64,000 bases of DNA from Candidatus Zixiibacteriota bacterium (GTDB taxonomy: Bacteria > Zixibacteria > MSB-5A5 > UBA10806 > 4484-95): contig JBBIRK010000002.1 of assembly GCA_037441845.1 (NCBI GenBank), positions 224,001-288,000 on the forward strand, given 5' to 3'. Positions 9,420 through 21,065 of the stretch are shown here, in pieces; positions within the stretch are counted from its first letter, which is position 1, and each line of letters starts with the position of its first letter. The notes beneath the pieces are model-generated. The model was not told where the DNA came from, searched no databases, and worked only from the letters and a program-made list of their open reading frames with translations. The position numbers and the translations under genes are program-made.

Positions 9420-10997
9420 TCAAATCCGATATTTCTGCGTAACATCGACACCCGTCTTGAGATTCACCACCTGAAACTCCTCTTGGTGAATCGTCGTGTC
9501 CCTCACCACGTCGATCATCAAATTCAGACGTTTCTCCATCTTCGACAACCTCGACTCGGCCGTGTTTTCCAGCAGGTCGATCACTTCCGGCGAGGCGATA
9601 AGTTGATAATGCCCTTTGCCGCTGTCGGCGGCCGCCCGCTGGAACCAGCGCTCTATCTTCATGGCTATCGATTCTTTCGAAAGCACTCGGCCGACACCCG
9701 AACAGACCGGGCAGGGTTCCGAGTAGGCGTGCATTATCGATTGCCGGGTCCTCTGACGGGTCATCTCCACCAATCCGAGGTCGGATATGGATGAGATGAA
9801 AGTTTGCGATCGATCGTTTTTCAGCGCGTTTTTGAACTCCTCGAAAACCCGCCGCCGATGCTCCCTATCTTCCATGTCGATAAAATCCACGATTATGATT
9901 CCGCCGATATCCCGCAATCTTATTTGTCGAGCGATTTCCCGGGCCGCCTCCATGTTGGTGCGGAATATGGCGTCGGCCACCCGCGATCTGCCGGTGTATT
10001 TGCCGGTGTTGACGTCGATCGCCACCAGCGCTTCGGTCTGGTCGATCACGATATAGCCGCCGTTTTTCAGCCGCGCCTTGCGATCGAGCATCTTTTCGAT
10101 TTCCGGCTCGATACCGTATTGGTCGAATAGCGGCTTATCCTCGGTATAAAGCTCGATCCGCTCGACCATTTCGGGAGCCAACTCCTTCAGATAACTGATG
10201 AATTTCCGGTATTCGCTTCTATTGTCAATAATCACCCGATCCACGTCGGCGGTCAGAAAATCCCGGATAATGCTGAAAATCATCTCGATATCTTTGTGAA
10301 CCAACGCCGGCGCCCGGGCCTCCTCGACCTGCTTTTTCATTTGGTTCCACAGCTTGGTGAGAAACTTGATATCGGCGGCGAAATCTTTATGATCGCGTCC
10401 TTCGGCCACCGTGCGGATTATCATGCCGAAATTCTCCGGCAGAAATTCGGCGGCGATCTTCCGCAGCCGTTTTTTCTCCTGCCACGAGGTGATTTTTCGC
10501 GAAACCGCCACATGACGGGCGCCCGGAAGCAAAACCACGTATCTTCCCGGAAGCGATATTTCCGAGGTCACTCGAGGGCCTTTGTTGCCGATCGGCTCCT
10601 TGATTACCTGCACCAGAAGCTCTTGATCTTTCTTGAGAACATCCGCTATCGAGGCGTCCCTTCTCAGTTTGGTCCGCGGCACCTCCTGGCCTTCCTCGTC
10701 GAAATAATCGAGATCGGCCAGCAAACTCGATTCGCCTTTATGATCCGACAGATCGGAAAAGTGAAGAAAACCCGCCTTGTCCAGCCCGATATCCACGAAC
10801 GCCGCCTGGATTCCGGGCAGCACGGCGGTAACCTTGCCCTTGTATATGTCTCCCACCAGCCTTTCCTTCTCCGACCGCTCCACCAGCAGTTCGACCAGCT
10901 GGCCGTCCTCTTTGATCGCGATCCGGGTTTCGTACTCGGCGACGTTTACGAATATCTCTTTTTTGCTCTGTATTTCAGAATGTGAATGCATCTCCAA
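9420..10997 (-). CDS. rng: Ribonuclease G/E family
   Basis: S1 domain (QAAFVDIG), DVNTG, LRDIGGIIIVDFIDM, CPVCSG; exact start uncertain (10997 or 10991). Confidence 0.92.
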   Translation of the reverse strand: MEMHSHSEIQSKKEIFVNVAEYETRIAIKEDGQLVELLVERSEKERLVGDIYKGKVTAVLPGIQAAFVDIGLDKAGFLHFSDLSDHKGESSLLADLDYFDEEGQEVPRTKLRRDASIADVLKKDQELLVQVIKEPIGNKGPRVTSEISLPGRYVVLLPGARHVAVSRKITSWQEKKRLRKIAAEFLPENFGMIIRTVAEGRDHKDFAADIKFLTKLWNQMKKQVEEARAPALVHKDIEMIFSIIRDFLTADVDRVIIDNRSEYRKFISYLKELAPEMVERIELYTEDKPLFDQYGIEPEIEKMLDRKARLKNGGYIVIDQTEALVAIDVNTGKYTGRSRVADAIFRTNMEAAREIARQIRLRDIGGIIIVDFIDMEDREHRRRVFEEFKNALKNDRSQTFISSISDLGLVEMTRQRTRQSIMHAYSEPCPVCSGVGRVLSKESIAMKIERWFQRAAADSGKGHYQLIASPEVIDLLENTAESRLSKMEKRLNLMIDVVRDTTIHQEEFQVVNLKTGVDVTQKYRI

Positions 10998-11907
10998 CCT
11001 TGATTATATGGCCGCGGCAAAATTCCGCGGAGCTCATCGCTCTTTTCCCCTCGGGCTTCAATTTCGTTATCAAGACCGCGCCCTTCCCGCAAGCCACCTG
11101 AATCCCGTTCTTGTCATCTATCGAGGTCACTATTCCGGCTGCGCTCGGTGAACCCTCGTTTCCTATCTTCGCTTCGAGAATTATCAGTCTCATTCCTCGT
11201 AATTCCGTAAAAGCCCCCGGCGCCGGCGACAAACCTCTTATCAAATTGACTACATCGACCGCCGGTTTGCGCCAGTCGATCCGCCCGGTTTCCCGCGTTA
11301 ACTTCGGCGCCGGACAATATCCATCCATACTTTGCGGCCGCGGTGTCAGACGCCCCTCCTCTAAACCCGCGATCGTCTCCAGCAGCACTTCGGCCCCGAC
11401 CTGCGCCATTCTATCGTGAAGCGAACCGAAATTATCGTCTTCTCTTATCTCCAATTCCCTTTGGATGAATATATCCCCGGCATCAACTTCTTTTTTCAGC
11501 CTGAAAGTGGTAAGTCCCGTTTTCTTGTCTCCGTTGATAAGCGCCCAGTTGATCGGCGCCGCTCCCCGATACTTCGGCAACAACGATGCGTGTAGATTTA
11601 TCGAACCCAGTTTGGGCAGATCTATCAGCCACTCCGGCATTATCCGAAACGCCACCACCACGTTCAAATCGGGTTTGATAGCGGCGATCGACCGCCTGAA
11701 ATCGGGATCGCTCAACTTGACCGGCTGAAAAACCGGAATATTCAATTTAATCGCCTCGCTCTTGACCGGAGTCGGCAGAAGTTTTCTGCCTCGGCCGCGG
11801 GGCTTGTCCGGGGCCGTGACCACCGCCGCGATTTCTTGTTTCGTCTCGTATATTTTTTTCAATGATGGTACGGCAAAGTCAGGGGACCCGAAAAAAACCA
11901 ACCTCAT
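10975..11907 (-). CDS. fmt: Methionyl-tRNA formyltransferase
   Basis: FFGSPDFA, INLHASLLPKYRGAAP, VDAGD. Confidence 0.96.
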   Translation of the reverse strand: MRLVFFGSPDFAVPSLKKIYETKQEIAAVVTAPDKPRGRGRKLLPTPVKSEAIKLNIPVFQPVKLSDPDFRRSIAAIKPDLNVVVAFRIMPEWLIDLPKLGSINLHASLLPKYRGAAPINWALINGDKKTGLTTFRLKKEVDAGDIFIQRELEIREDDNFGSLHDRMAQVGAEVLLETIAGLEEGRLTPRPQSMDGYCPAPKLTRETGRIDWRKPAVDVVNLIRGLSPAPGAFTELRGMRLIILEAKIGNEGSPSAAGIVTSIDDKNGIQVACGKGAVLITKLKPEGKRAMSSAEFCRGHIIKVGDAFTF

Positions 11908-12419
11908 TAAACTCTTTCGCCGCTCTTTATTTTCTGGAGCTTGTCTCTAATCGACCCCAAATCGGAGGATTTCATGCGGTCTATGAACAAGGTGCCGTCG
12001 AGATGGTCGATTTCATGAAGCAGCACTCTGGCCACGAGGTCGGAACCTTCGATTATGATCTCCTTGCCGTTCCGATCCAGTCCCACCACCGCGGCGCTTT
12101 TGGCCCGCGTCACCGGCATAAATAGGCCGGGAAAAGACAAACACCCCTCTTCGGCCGTGGCCTCCCCCGATGATGCAACCACCACCGGATTGATAATGAC
12201 CAGCGGCTGCTTCAGCGTATCGAAATAGCTCATGTCGATTGCGAAAATTCGGTCGGTTCTGCCGACTTGATTGGCCGCCAGCCCCAATCCCTTGGCCTGC
12301 TTCATCGTCAACACCAGCGAATCCAAAAAATCGACCAGCTCACCGTTGATATCGGTCACCGGCGACGCTTTCCGCCGCAATACTTCTTCCCCGTAAATTT
12401 TAATCGGTAATATCGCCAA
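11907..12419 (-). CDS. def: Peptide deformylase
   Basis: GLGLAANQVG, EGCLS, HEIDH; TTG start. Confidence 0.96.
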   Translation of the reverse strand: MAILPIKIYGEEVLRRKASPVTDINGELVDFLDSLVLTMKQAKGLGLAANQVGRTDRIFAIDMSYFDTLKQPLVIINPVVVASSGEATAEEGCLSFPGLFMPVTRAKSAAVVGLDRNGKEIIIEGSDLVARVLLHEIDHLDGTLFIDRMKSSDLGSIRDKLQKIKSGERV

Positions 12420-12420
12420 A

Positions 12421-12738
12421 TTATTCCTTATCGACTTTTCCGGCTATCGCGCTCTTCAAGAATTCTATCTTCAAATCCTCGCCGAACTTGAGGATAACCT
12501 TGTTATCTTTATCGTCGATTCCCCAAATCGTTCCATACATCCCGCTGCTGGTTATCACCCGATCCCCCTTCTTCAACGATTTCAGCATATTGCTGTGTTC
12601 CTTTTGCCTTTTTTGCTGCGGCCTGATCATGAAAAAATAAATGATGGCGAACATCAGAATCAGCGGCAGAAAAAACGTCAACATCGAACCGCCTGCGTCC
12701 TGATTGGGAGATTGCGCCATCGCCAAAATCCAATGCAC
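12421..12738 (-). CDS. yajC: Preprotein translocase subunit YajC
   Basis: TM segment then IRPQQKRQK, LKKGDRVITSSG; follows tgt. Confidence 0.95.
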   Translation of the reverse strand: MHWILAMAQSPNQDAGGSMLTFFLPLILMFAIIYFFMIRPQQKRQKEHSNMLKSLKKGDRVITSSGMYGTIWGIDDKDNKVILKFGEDLKIEFLKSAIAGKVDKE

Positions 12739-12777
12739 TCTATCCTCCTTTATTTACACTTCAACATCATCGAATGA

Positions 12778-12807
12778 ATTATAATCCTATTCGATCCTTA
12801 TTAACAA
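12778..12807 (-). promoter_or_regulatory. Putative sigma70 promoter for yajC-def-fmt-rng
   Basis: TTGTTA-N18-TATAAT on the minus strand. Confidence 0.5.
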
Positions 12808-12919
12808 GAGCAATCTTCTTTACGATATTTTGATCATTAACTACCGGCTGATTCCGCAAGTTCTCGGCTTACCCCCGCATATTACGGTCTTTCGCAAAAG
12901 TGCGCTCGCGCCCGCACCG

Positions 12920-14044
<1,125 letters not shown>

Positions 14045-14614
14045 CTACTTGTTCCAGACCTGCCCGTAATTGCCGTGCATCTTGCTCAAACCCGACCAAT
14101 ACTCGCGGACGTTCGGACAATAGGCGATCGGATTGAGATCAGCCACCTTCAAGCGATTCTCCGAATCGAGATACTCCTGATTTACGTGGGTGGCCACGAT
14201 TTCGGCGATGAACATATGATGCGATCCCAGCTCTATCGCCCTCCGGACCTGACATTCGAGATTTATCGGAGCTTCCTTGATAAGCGGCGATTTCACTTTC
14301 AGCCCTTGAATCGGCGTCAGCCCGGCCTCGGCGAATTTGTCCACTTTCCGCCCGGAATGACTGCCGCAGTAATCGACGGCACGCACAAAATCGGCGCCCG
14401 CCACGTTCAAGACGAATTCGCCGCTTGCCCGGATCATCTCGAAAGAATGGCGGCTCTCCCGGACCGATATCGACAACATAGGCGGCTCAGAACAAACCAC
14501 TCCGCACCAGGCGATCGTTATGATATTGACGCTCCGTCCGAACTCGCCGCAACTGACCAGCACCGCCGGCAACGGAATCAGCAGGGGTGTCGGCGGAAGA
14601 CTTTTCTTACTCAT
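14045..14614 (-). CDS. Flavin reductase family protein (flavoredoxin/DIM6-NTAB-like)
   Basis: PLPAVLVS, SGEFVLN, DYCGSHSGR, ELGSH; ATG 14614 after GAGGAGG SD. Confidence 0.88.
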   Translation of the reverse strand: MSKKSLPPTPLLIPLPAVLVSCGEFGRSVNIITIAWCGVVCSEPPMLSISVRESRHSFEMIRASGEFVLNVAGADFVRAVDYCGSHSGRKVDKFAEAGLTPIQGLKVKSPLIKEAPINLECQVRRAIELGSHHMFIAEIVATHVNQEYLDSENRLKVADLNPIAYCPNVREYWSGLSKMHGNYGQVWNK

Positions 14615-15575
14615 TATTTTCCTCCTCGGTGCTTTCGCCAAGGTAAATATAGCGATCGATCAACTTGACGTAGGACGACCATCGCTGATCGTCCGGATTT
14701 TTCTTCTTCATCGCTTTGGAAATCCCCCCTACTTGTGAGTCCATCAAATCGGCAAGATATAGAACGTTGGCCTCGAGCGTCTGCGGCACCACCGGCGAGC
14801 CTTGATCCAGCGTCCCCTGATGCGACAATACGAGGTGACGAACGAGCTTCTTTTTCTCCAACGGAAAATCGCTCAATCTCGCCAATTTGCTTGTGATTAT
14901 CCGGTCGGCGATTACGATATGTCCGATAAGACGCCCCTCGTCCGTATAATCGAAATAATTATCCAACGAATAGGTGTCGATCTTGCCGAGATCGTGTAGA
15001 AGCGCCCCGGTGATTAAAAGCTCCTCACGCAATTGCGGATAAATGGAACAAGCCGCCCGACAGATCGCCGCCACGTTCAACGTATGCTCGGCCAATCCCC
15101 CGACATATGAATGATGCCACAACTTGGCCGCCGGCGCGTAGGTGAATTTGGACCTTATCAAACCATCGTTGAATATCTCCCCCAACAGGCTTTTATAATG
15201 AACGTCGCCGATCCCCGAAATGATCGCATCGAGCTGCGCCATCTGCTTCTTGGGCTCGACCGGCCCGGCTGGCAGATAATCGAGCGGATCGTAATCCCTG
15301 CCGGTTACCTGCGTCATGGTTTGAATGGTCACCTGCGGTATTTCTCGAAAAGTCCCCACCGTTCCCTGTATATGCGCTATGCTTCCCGGCCTGAACTTCG
15401 CCGCCAGCTCGCGGACGTTCTCCCAGCAAACCGCCGGGATCCTGCCCGTCTTATCCCCTATCTCGAGACTGAGATAGCGGCCGCCGCTGTAATCTTTCAA
15501 TTCCAGTCGACGAACGACGAAATTATCGTTAACCTCCGTGCCCGGCACCAGATTCTTCGCCCATTGGCTTTTCAT
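14607..15575 (-). CDS. yhaM: 3'-5' exoribonuclease YhaM family (OB fold plus HD domain)
   Basis: DKTG in OB fold, PAAKLWHH, GALLHDLGK, LIGHI, SHQG; ATG 15575 with GGAG SD. Confidence 0.87.
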   Translation of the reverse strand: MKSQWAKNLVPGTEVNDNFVVRRLELKDYSGGRYLSLEIGDKTGRIPAVCWENVRELAAKFRPGSIAHIQGTVGTFREIPQVTIQTMTQVTGRDYDPLDYLPAGPVEPKKQMAQLDAIISGIGDVHYKSLLGEIFNDGLIRSKFTYAPAAKLWHHSYVGGLAEHTLNVAAICRAACSIYPQLREELLITGALLHDLGKIDTYSLDNYFDYTDEGRLIGHIVIADRIITSKLARLSDFPLEKKKLVRHLVLSHQGTLDQGSPVVPQTLEANVLYLADLMDSQVGGISKAMKKKNPDDQRWSSYVKLIDRYIYLGESTEEENNE

Positions 15576-15670
15576 CGCACACTCCGTTCGCAGCGACAAT
15601 CAATGTGTAATAAAATAATGCCGAACCCGCCAAAGTAAAGCATTTCCGTGCGCGGCTCCCGACAAAAGCC

Positions 15671-15700
15671 TTGTTAACTCCAAAGCACGTTTGATATAAT
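15671..15700 (+). promoter_or_regulatory. Putative sigma70 / extended -10 promoter of lptFG
   Basis: TTGTTA-N18-TATAAT with TG at the extended -10 position; ends 7 nt before the ATG. Confidence 0.6.
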
Positions 15701-15707
15701 CCCGCTG

Positions 15708-17042
15708 ATGAAAAGAATCTGGTATTACGTGATCCGCGAGCTGTTCTGGCCGTTTCTATTCGGAGTCATGCTCAGCACGTTCGTACTCATCATGGATGCC
15801 ATACTCGACGTGATGAATTTGATCATCACCAAAGGAGTCCCGACGCCGGTGGTGCTCGAGTTCTTCGGCCTGAGTCTGGCTTACATGCTGGCGTTATCGG
15901 TCCCCATGGGAGTCCTCGTGGGCGTGATCATGGGTTTCGGAAGGCTTTCCGCCGATAACGAGGTGATCGCTCTCAACGCCTGCGGCGTATCGCTGGGCAA
16001 GGTCATGGCGCCGGCTCTTGTCATGAGCCTGGTGATCACCGCCGGCTTGACCTGGTTCAACAACTATATACTTCCCGAGGCCAATCACAAGGCAAGGCTG
16101 CTGATGACCGATATCACCAGAAAAAAACCGACCTGGACGCTCGAGGAAAACGTGTTTCTCGATTATTTCGACAATTATCATATACTGGTGAAAAAAATCG
16201 ACCACAAAACCTCCCGCCTTTCCGATATCACCATCTTCGAGCATAAAGACCCCGGTCTGCCGAGAACGATAACCGCCCGAAGCGGCGATATGGAAATCTC
16301 CGCTGACGGCTCCCTGCTGATTATGCAGCTTTACGACGGCCAGATTCACGAACCCGATCCGGACAACCCCTATCGCTACCGTCGTATAGATTTCAAAAAA
16401 CAGCTGCTCACCATCGAGGGAGTATCCTCGGAACTCGAAAGGACCAAGTCCGGATCGCGGGGGGATCGGGAAATGACCGTGCGGATGATGCTCGAGGAAA
16501 ACCGGGAAAGCAAGTTGAAAATCGCCGAATCGAAAACGCGCATCGACCAGTTCATAAGAAACGATTTGAATCGGCTGTTGGGGTCGCCTCCCGCCGAAGA
16601 TCGATCGGGGCGCGATTCCAGACGGCCTCTCCGCTCTCCACAGGGCGAGGAGCTGGTCAGCCGCATCGAATACGAATCCGGAATCATAAACACCTATAAA
16701 AAACAGATCAATTCTATGAATGTGGAAATCCACAAGAAATTCTCGATCCCCGTCGCTTGCATCGTATTCGTCCTGCTGGGCGCTCCGCTCGGAGTGATGA
16801 CCCGCAAAGGCGGCATGGCCGCAAGCCTCGGGTTGTCGCTTTTCTTTTTCATCCTCTATTGGGCGTTTCTCATAGGCGGCGAGGAACTCGCCGATAGAAT
16901 GTATATCTCCGGAGCGGCGGCCATGTGGATGCCTAATTTGATCATAGGCGCCGCAGGATTGATTTTGGCTTTCCATGTCAATCGCCGCGCCTCCGGCGGT
17001 CTCGGCCTGTTCGGCAAACTGTTGCCCGGTTCCGGAAAATGA
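15708..17042 (+). CDS. lptF: LPS export ABC transporter permease LptF
   Basis: FGRLSADNE, EIHKKFSIP, 3+3 TM architecture with periplasmic domain. Confidence 0.9.
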   Translation: MKRIWYYVIRELFWPFLFGVMLSTFVLIMDAILDVMNLIITKGVPTPVVLEFFGLSLAYMLALSVPMGVLVGVIMGFGRLSADNEVIALNACGVSLGKVMAPALVMSLVITAGLTWFNNYILPEANHKARLLMTDITRKKPTWTLEENVFLDYFDNYHILVKKIDHKTSRLSDITIFEHKDPGLPRTITARSGDMEISADGSLLIMQLYDGQIHEPDPDNPYRYRRIDFKKQLLTIEGVSSELERTKSGSRGDREMTVRMMLEENRESKLKIAESKTRIDQFIRNDLNRLLGSPPAEDRSGRDSRRPLRSPQGEELVSRIEYESGIINTYKKQINSMNVEIHKKFSIPVACIVFVLLGAPLGVMTRKGGMAASLGLSLFFFILYWAFLIGGEELADRMYISGAAAMWMPNLIIGAAGLILAFHVNRRASGGLGLFGKLLPGSGK

Positions 17043-18118
17043 AAATCACCGATAGATACATTCTCGGCCGCTTTCTCAAAATCCTCGGTTTCGCTCTGCT
17101 GGCGGCGATCGTAGTGGTGATTATCGTCGACACCATCGAAAACGTCGATAAATTCATCGACCGCCGCGTGACGACCGCCAAAGTCGCCTACTATTACGTT
17201 CTTTATCTGCCGTTCATAATCGTCCTCACCATGCCGGTGGCTATCTTGATGGCTGCAATGTTCACCATCGGATCGATCGCCCGCAGCCAGGAACTCACCG
17301 TAATGAAAGCCACCGGGCTGTCGCTTTATCGATTGTCCGCCCCCTTGCTGACCGCCGGATTCGTGATTTCGTTGGTGATGATAGTTTTCGCGGATTCGAT
17401 CATGGTGCCCGCCGAAGACAAACGTAATTCACTCAAGCGCCAATTGATAGATAAAGCCGCACCGGCGGAGGCGGTCGTGCGGAACAACGTTATCAGACCC
17501 GGTGAAAACGGCTGGGTGTTGTTCGCCAAAAGCTACGATGAAAAAAGGCTGAGCGGCAAAGATATCCTGCTGCAGAAATTCACCGACAGCAACATCGACG
17601 TCTCCATCAGGGCGGCCGGCATGTTCTGGGCCGATTCGGTCTGGATATTGATCGACGCCACCGAAAGAACGTTCGAGGGACTGTCGGAAAAGGAATTCCG
17701 CCATTACGATACTCTGCCCGCCGGATTCCTTTCTCATACACCCCAAACATTGAGTTATCGTTTGAAAAAACCCCGCGATACCGGCTTTTTCGAACTGATC
17801 GAACTTATAAGATTGAAAAAGCTGATGGGACAGGATACCGCCAGAGACCGAGTCGAACTCTATCTTAAAATAAGCCACCCTTTCATAAACTTCATTCTGG
17901 TGATCATCGGCATTCCCCTGGCGGCAAACCCGAAACGCTCCGGCGGAGCGGTCGGTTTCGGCATCAGCCTGATAATAAGTTTTCTTTACTTCGTGATCCT
18001 CCGGGCCGGTCAATCTTTCGGCTACACCCATGCGTTGCCGCCGGCCTTGGCCGCCTCCATCGGCAATTTGATATTCCTGGCGGTGGGAATCGTGCTCTTC
18101 GTGAAAGCCCGAAAATGA
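17039..18118 (+). CDS. lptG: LPS export ABC transporter permease LptG
   Basis: MKITDRYI, ELTVMKATGLSLYR; ATGA overlap with lptF. Confidence 0.88.
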   Translation: MKITDRYILGRFLKILGFALLAAIVVVIIVDTIENVDKFIDRRVTTAKVAYYYVLYLPFIIVLTMPVAILMAAMFTIGSIARSQELTVMKATGLSLYRLSAPLLTAGFVISLVMIVFADSIMVPAEDKRNSLKRQLIDKAAPAEAVVRNNVIRPGENGWVLFAKSYDEKRLSGKDILLQKFTDSNIDVSIRAAGMFWADSVWILIDATERTFEGLSEKEFRHYDTLPAGFLSHTPQTLSYRLKKPRDTGFFELIELIRLKKLMGQDTARDRVELYLKISHPFINFILVIIGIPLAANPKRSGGAVGFGISLIISFLYFVILRAGQSFGYTHALPPALAASIGNLIFLAVGIVLFVKARK

Positions 18119-18143
18119 AAATGCCCCGCGATCGGGGGCATTC
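18113..18143. terminator. Intrinsic terminator between convergent lptG and csp
   Basis: AATGCCCC-N7-GGGGCATT stem; T-rich tail on the minus strand. Confidence 0.7.
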
Positions 18144-18167
18144 TCGAACTGTTATCGTGGTCTTAAT

Positions 18168-18371
18168 TTACAATTTCCTGACGTCTGTGGCCAACGGCCC
18201 TTTCGGTCCCTCCGTGAATGTATATTCGACCAATTGGCCTTGGGTCAAACTCTTATACCCCTCCTCCCTGATTACGGAATAATGCACGAATACATCCTTC
18301 TCGCCGTTATCCCGCTGAATGAATCCGAACCCCTTTTTGTCATTGAACCATTTTATTACACCTGTGGGCAT
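18168..18371 (-). CDS. Cold-shock protein (CspA family)
   Basis: GVIKWFNDKKGFGFI and DVFVHYS RNP motifs; ATG 18371 with GGAGGAGG SD (ORF-track 5' extension rejected). Confidence 0.95.
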   Translation of the reverse strand: MPTGVIKWFNDKKGFGFIQRDNGEKDVFVHYSVIREEGYKSLTQGQLVEYTFTEGPKGPLATDVRKL

Positions 18372-18461
18372 CAGCAAAACCTCCTCCGGTAATTCTTTTG
18401 CATTCGATGTAATAAATGTCGGTAAAATTCGCGATGACTTGACTGGAGTTCCGATGACAAT

Positions 18462-18490
18462 AAAAAAACCGCCGCCGATTCGGCAGCGGT
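18462..18490 (-). terminator. Intrinsic terminator after ahcY
   Basis: Minus strand ACCGCTGCCG-AAT-CGGCGGCGGT followed by a T run. Confidence 0.85.
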
Positions 18491-18513
18491 CTGTGCAAGT
18501 CGATGCAACCCAC

Positions 18514-19770
18514 CTACGTTCCCATCTCCCACGAGGCAAGATATTTTCTCTGTTCCGCCGTCAGATGATCAATTTTTATTCCCATCGCCTGCAATTTCAA
18601 CCGGGCGATCGAATCGTCTATCGATTCCGGAATCGAATACACCTTATGCTCGAGCTTCTGCGCCTCGTTCAATAGAAATTCGGCGCCCAAAGCCTGATTG
18701 GCGAAACTCATATCCATCACCGAGGCCGGATGCCCTTCCGCCGCGGCTAAATTTATCAATCTTCCCTCGCCCAATAAAAATATCCGCCGGCCGTCCGCCA
18801 TCACGTATTCCTCGACATTGTCTCTGATTGTGCGACTTTTCCGCGACATTTTTTTCAATGCCGGGATATCTATTTCCACGTTGAAATGCCCGGAATTGGC
18901 GACCACCGCACCGTCCTTCATCTTCCGAAAATGCTTCTCCGTCAGCACATTTATATCGCCGGTCAAGGTTATGAATACGTCCCCGAGCGCGGCGGCGTCG
19001 ATCATCGGCATCACCTGGAAACCGTCCATCGTCGCCTCGATAGCCTTGAGCGCATCGACCTCGGTCACGATAACGTTGGCGCCAAGTCCCTTAGCCCGCG
19101 AGGCCACGCCGCGGCCGCACCAGCCATATCCGGCCACCACCACCGTGGCACCGCAAAGAAGAATGTTGGTCGCCCTCATCACCCCGTCCAAAGTCGATTG
19201 GCCGGTGCCGTAGCGGTTGTCGAAAAAATGTTTGGTCTTGGAGTCGTTCACGGCCAGAACCGGAAACAGCAGGACACCTTTCTTCTCCATGCTCTTCAAT
19301 CGAATGACCCCGGTCGTCGTCTCCTCGGAGCCGCCCAGCACGTTTTCGGCTTGCCGCCTGCGTTTCGTATGCAGCTGCGTCACCAGATCGGCGCCGTCGT
19401 CCATGGTCAAGAGCGGATCGGCATCCAGACAGGCGTTGATATGCTCGTAGTAAACCTTATTTGACTCTCCCCGGATCGAAAACACGGGAATCCCGTGGTC
19501 TTTGACCAGCGATGCGGCCACGTCGTCCTGCGTCGAAAGCGGGTTCGATGCGCACAGATATACTTTCGCCCCTCCGGCTTTCAAGGTGATCATCAAATTG
19601 GCGGTTTCGGTGGTCACGTGAAGACAGCAGGCCATTCGCACGCCGCTTAAAGGTTTCTCCTTGGCGAACCGCTTCCTGATCAGCCGCAACACCGGCATGA
19701 ACCGCTCCGCCCACTCTATACGCAGCCTGCCCTGCGAGGCCAGCTTCAAATCCTTGATATGATATTTCAT
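18514..19770 (-). CDS. ahcY: Adenosylhomocysteinase
   Basis: [34 protein letters not shown]...GHP. Confidence 0.97.
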   Translation of the reverse strand: MKYHIKDLKLASQGRLRIEWAERFMPVLRLIRKRFAKEKPLSGVRMACCLHVTTETANLMITLKAGGAKVYLCASNPLSTQDDVAASLVKDHGIPVFSIRGESNKVYYEHINACLDADPLLTMDDGADLVTQLHTKRRRQAENVLGGSEETTTGVIRLKSMEKKGVLLFPVLAVNDSKTKHFFDNRYGTGQSTLDGVMRATNILLCGATVVVAGYGWCGRGVASRAKGLGANVIVTEVDALKAIEATMDGFQVMPMIDAAALGDVFITLTGDINVLTEKHFRKMKDGAVVANSGHFNVEIDIPALKKMSRKSRTIRDNVEEYVMADGRRIFLLGEGRLINLAAAEGHPASVMDMSFANQALGAEFLLNEAQKLEHKVYSIPESIDDSIARLKLQAMGIKIDHLTAEQRKYLASWEMGT

Positions 19771-19771
19771 T

Positions 19772-20935
19772 TCATGCGTCCTTCAATAAATCCCGAACCC
19801 TGTCGGTTTTTTCCCATGTAAATTCCGGCTCCGTCCGTCCGAAATGGCCGTACGCCGCCGTCTTCCGATAAATCGGCCGACGCAGATTCAAATAATCGAT
19901 AATCCCCTTCGGCGTCAAATCGAAATGCTTTTTCACCAGTTGAGTCAGCCGGCTGTCCGGGATTTTCCCCGTATTTCTGGTGCTCACCAACACGCTCACC
20001 GGTTGCTTCACCCCGATCGCATAAGCCAACTGCACGTGGCAAACATCGCTTAATCCCGCGGCCACGATATTCTTGGCGATATGGCGGGCCATATACGATG
20101 CCGATCTATCGACCTTGGTCGGATCCTTTCCGGAAAACGCACCGCCGCCGTGAGCCGCCGACCCGCCGTAGGTATCCACTATGATCTTGCGCCCGGTCAT
20201 GCCCGTATCCGATTGCGGACCGCCGATCACGAATTTGCCGGTCGGATTGATCAGGAAATTCGTCTTATTATCCCGTAAGTGGGCGGGAATCGCCGCAAAT
20301 CCCACGTTCTCTTTGATCTCTTCTTTGGCCTTTTTGGTGATCTTCTTACCGGTTCTATCGAGAATCTCATCCGTGTGCTGACAGGAAATCACCACGGTGT
20401 CCACTCTCTTGGGACGATTGTTTTCGAACTCGACCGTAACCTGACTCTTGCCGTCGGGCCCCAAATACGGCAGAATCTTTTTCTTTCGCACCTCGGCGAG
20501 CCGCTGCGACAATTTATGCGCCAGCATAATGGGCAACGGCATCAGCTCCTTGGTTTGATTGACCGCATACCCCATCATCAGTCCCTGATCGCCGGCGCCA
20601 CCCTTATCGACTCCCTGGGCTATGTCCGGCGACTGGGTGCCGATCGCATTGAGGATCGCGCAGGTCGAATAATTGAAACCGTACTTCGGATCGGTGTAAC
20701 CGATATCCCTTATCAAATCCCGCACCAGACCGGGAATATCGACATACGTCTTGGTGGCTATCTCACCGCCGACGATCACCAAGCCCACCGTTATGAACGT
20801 TTCGCAGGCCACCCGGCCTTCGGGGTCGTCTTTCAAGACCTCATCGAGTATCGCGTCCGAAATCTGGTCGCATACTTTGTCCGGGTGCCCCTCCGTCACC
20901 GATTCCGACGTGAAAAAGAAATTGTTCCTGCTCAT
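19772..20935 (-). CDS. metK: S-adenosylmethionine synthetase
   Basis: [26 protein letters not shown]. Confidence 0.98.
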   Translation of the reverse strand: MSRNNFFFTSESVTEGHPDKVCDQISDAILDEVLKDDPEGRVACETFITVGLVIVGGEIATKTYVDIPGLVRDLIRDIGYTDPKYGFNYSTCAILNAIGTQSPDIAQGVDKGGAGDQGLMMGYAVNQTKELMPLPIMLAHKLSQRLAEVRKKKILPYLGPDGKSQVTVEFENNRPKRVDTVVISCQHTDEILDRTGKKITKKAKEEIKENVGFAAIPAHLRDNKTNFLINPTGKFVIGGPQSDTGMTGRKIIVDTYGGSAAHGGGAFSGKDPTKVDRSASYMARHIAKNIVAAGLSDVCHVQLAYAIGVKQPVSVLVSTRNTGKIPDSRLTQLVKKHFDLTPKGIIDYLNLRRPIYRKTAAYGHFGRTEPEFTWEKTDRVRDLLKDA

Positions 20936-21065
20936 TGATCCTCCATCCAGAAGTGATACCGCTATCGCTGAAATTGTATCGACCCAAAACCGAGACGGCT
21001 GGTCAATTTAACTTTCGCGTCCTCTTCGGACAAGCCCTATTTCGCGTGTCGGCACGGCTTGCCCC

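Noticed and set aside
20936..21065. SAM riboswitch upstream of metK
   Set aside because: No SAM-I core (AUC...GAG...GGCAACC...GAU) or SAM-II-like signature recognisable on the minus strand
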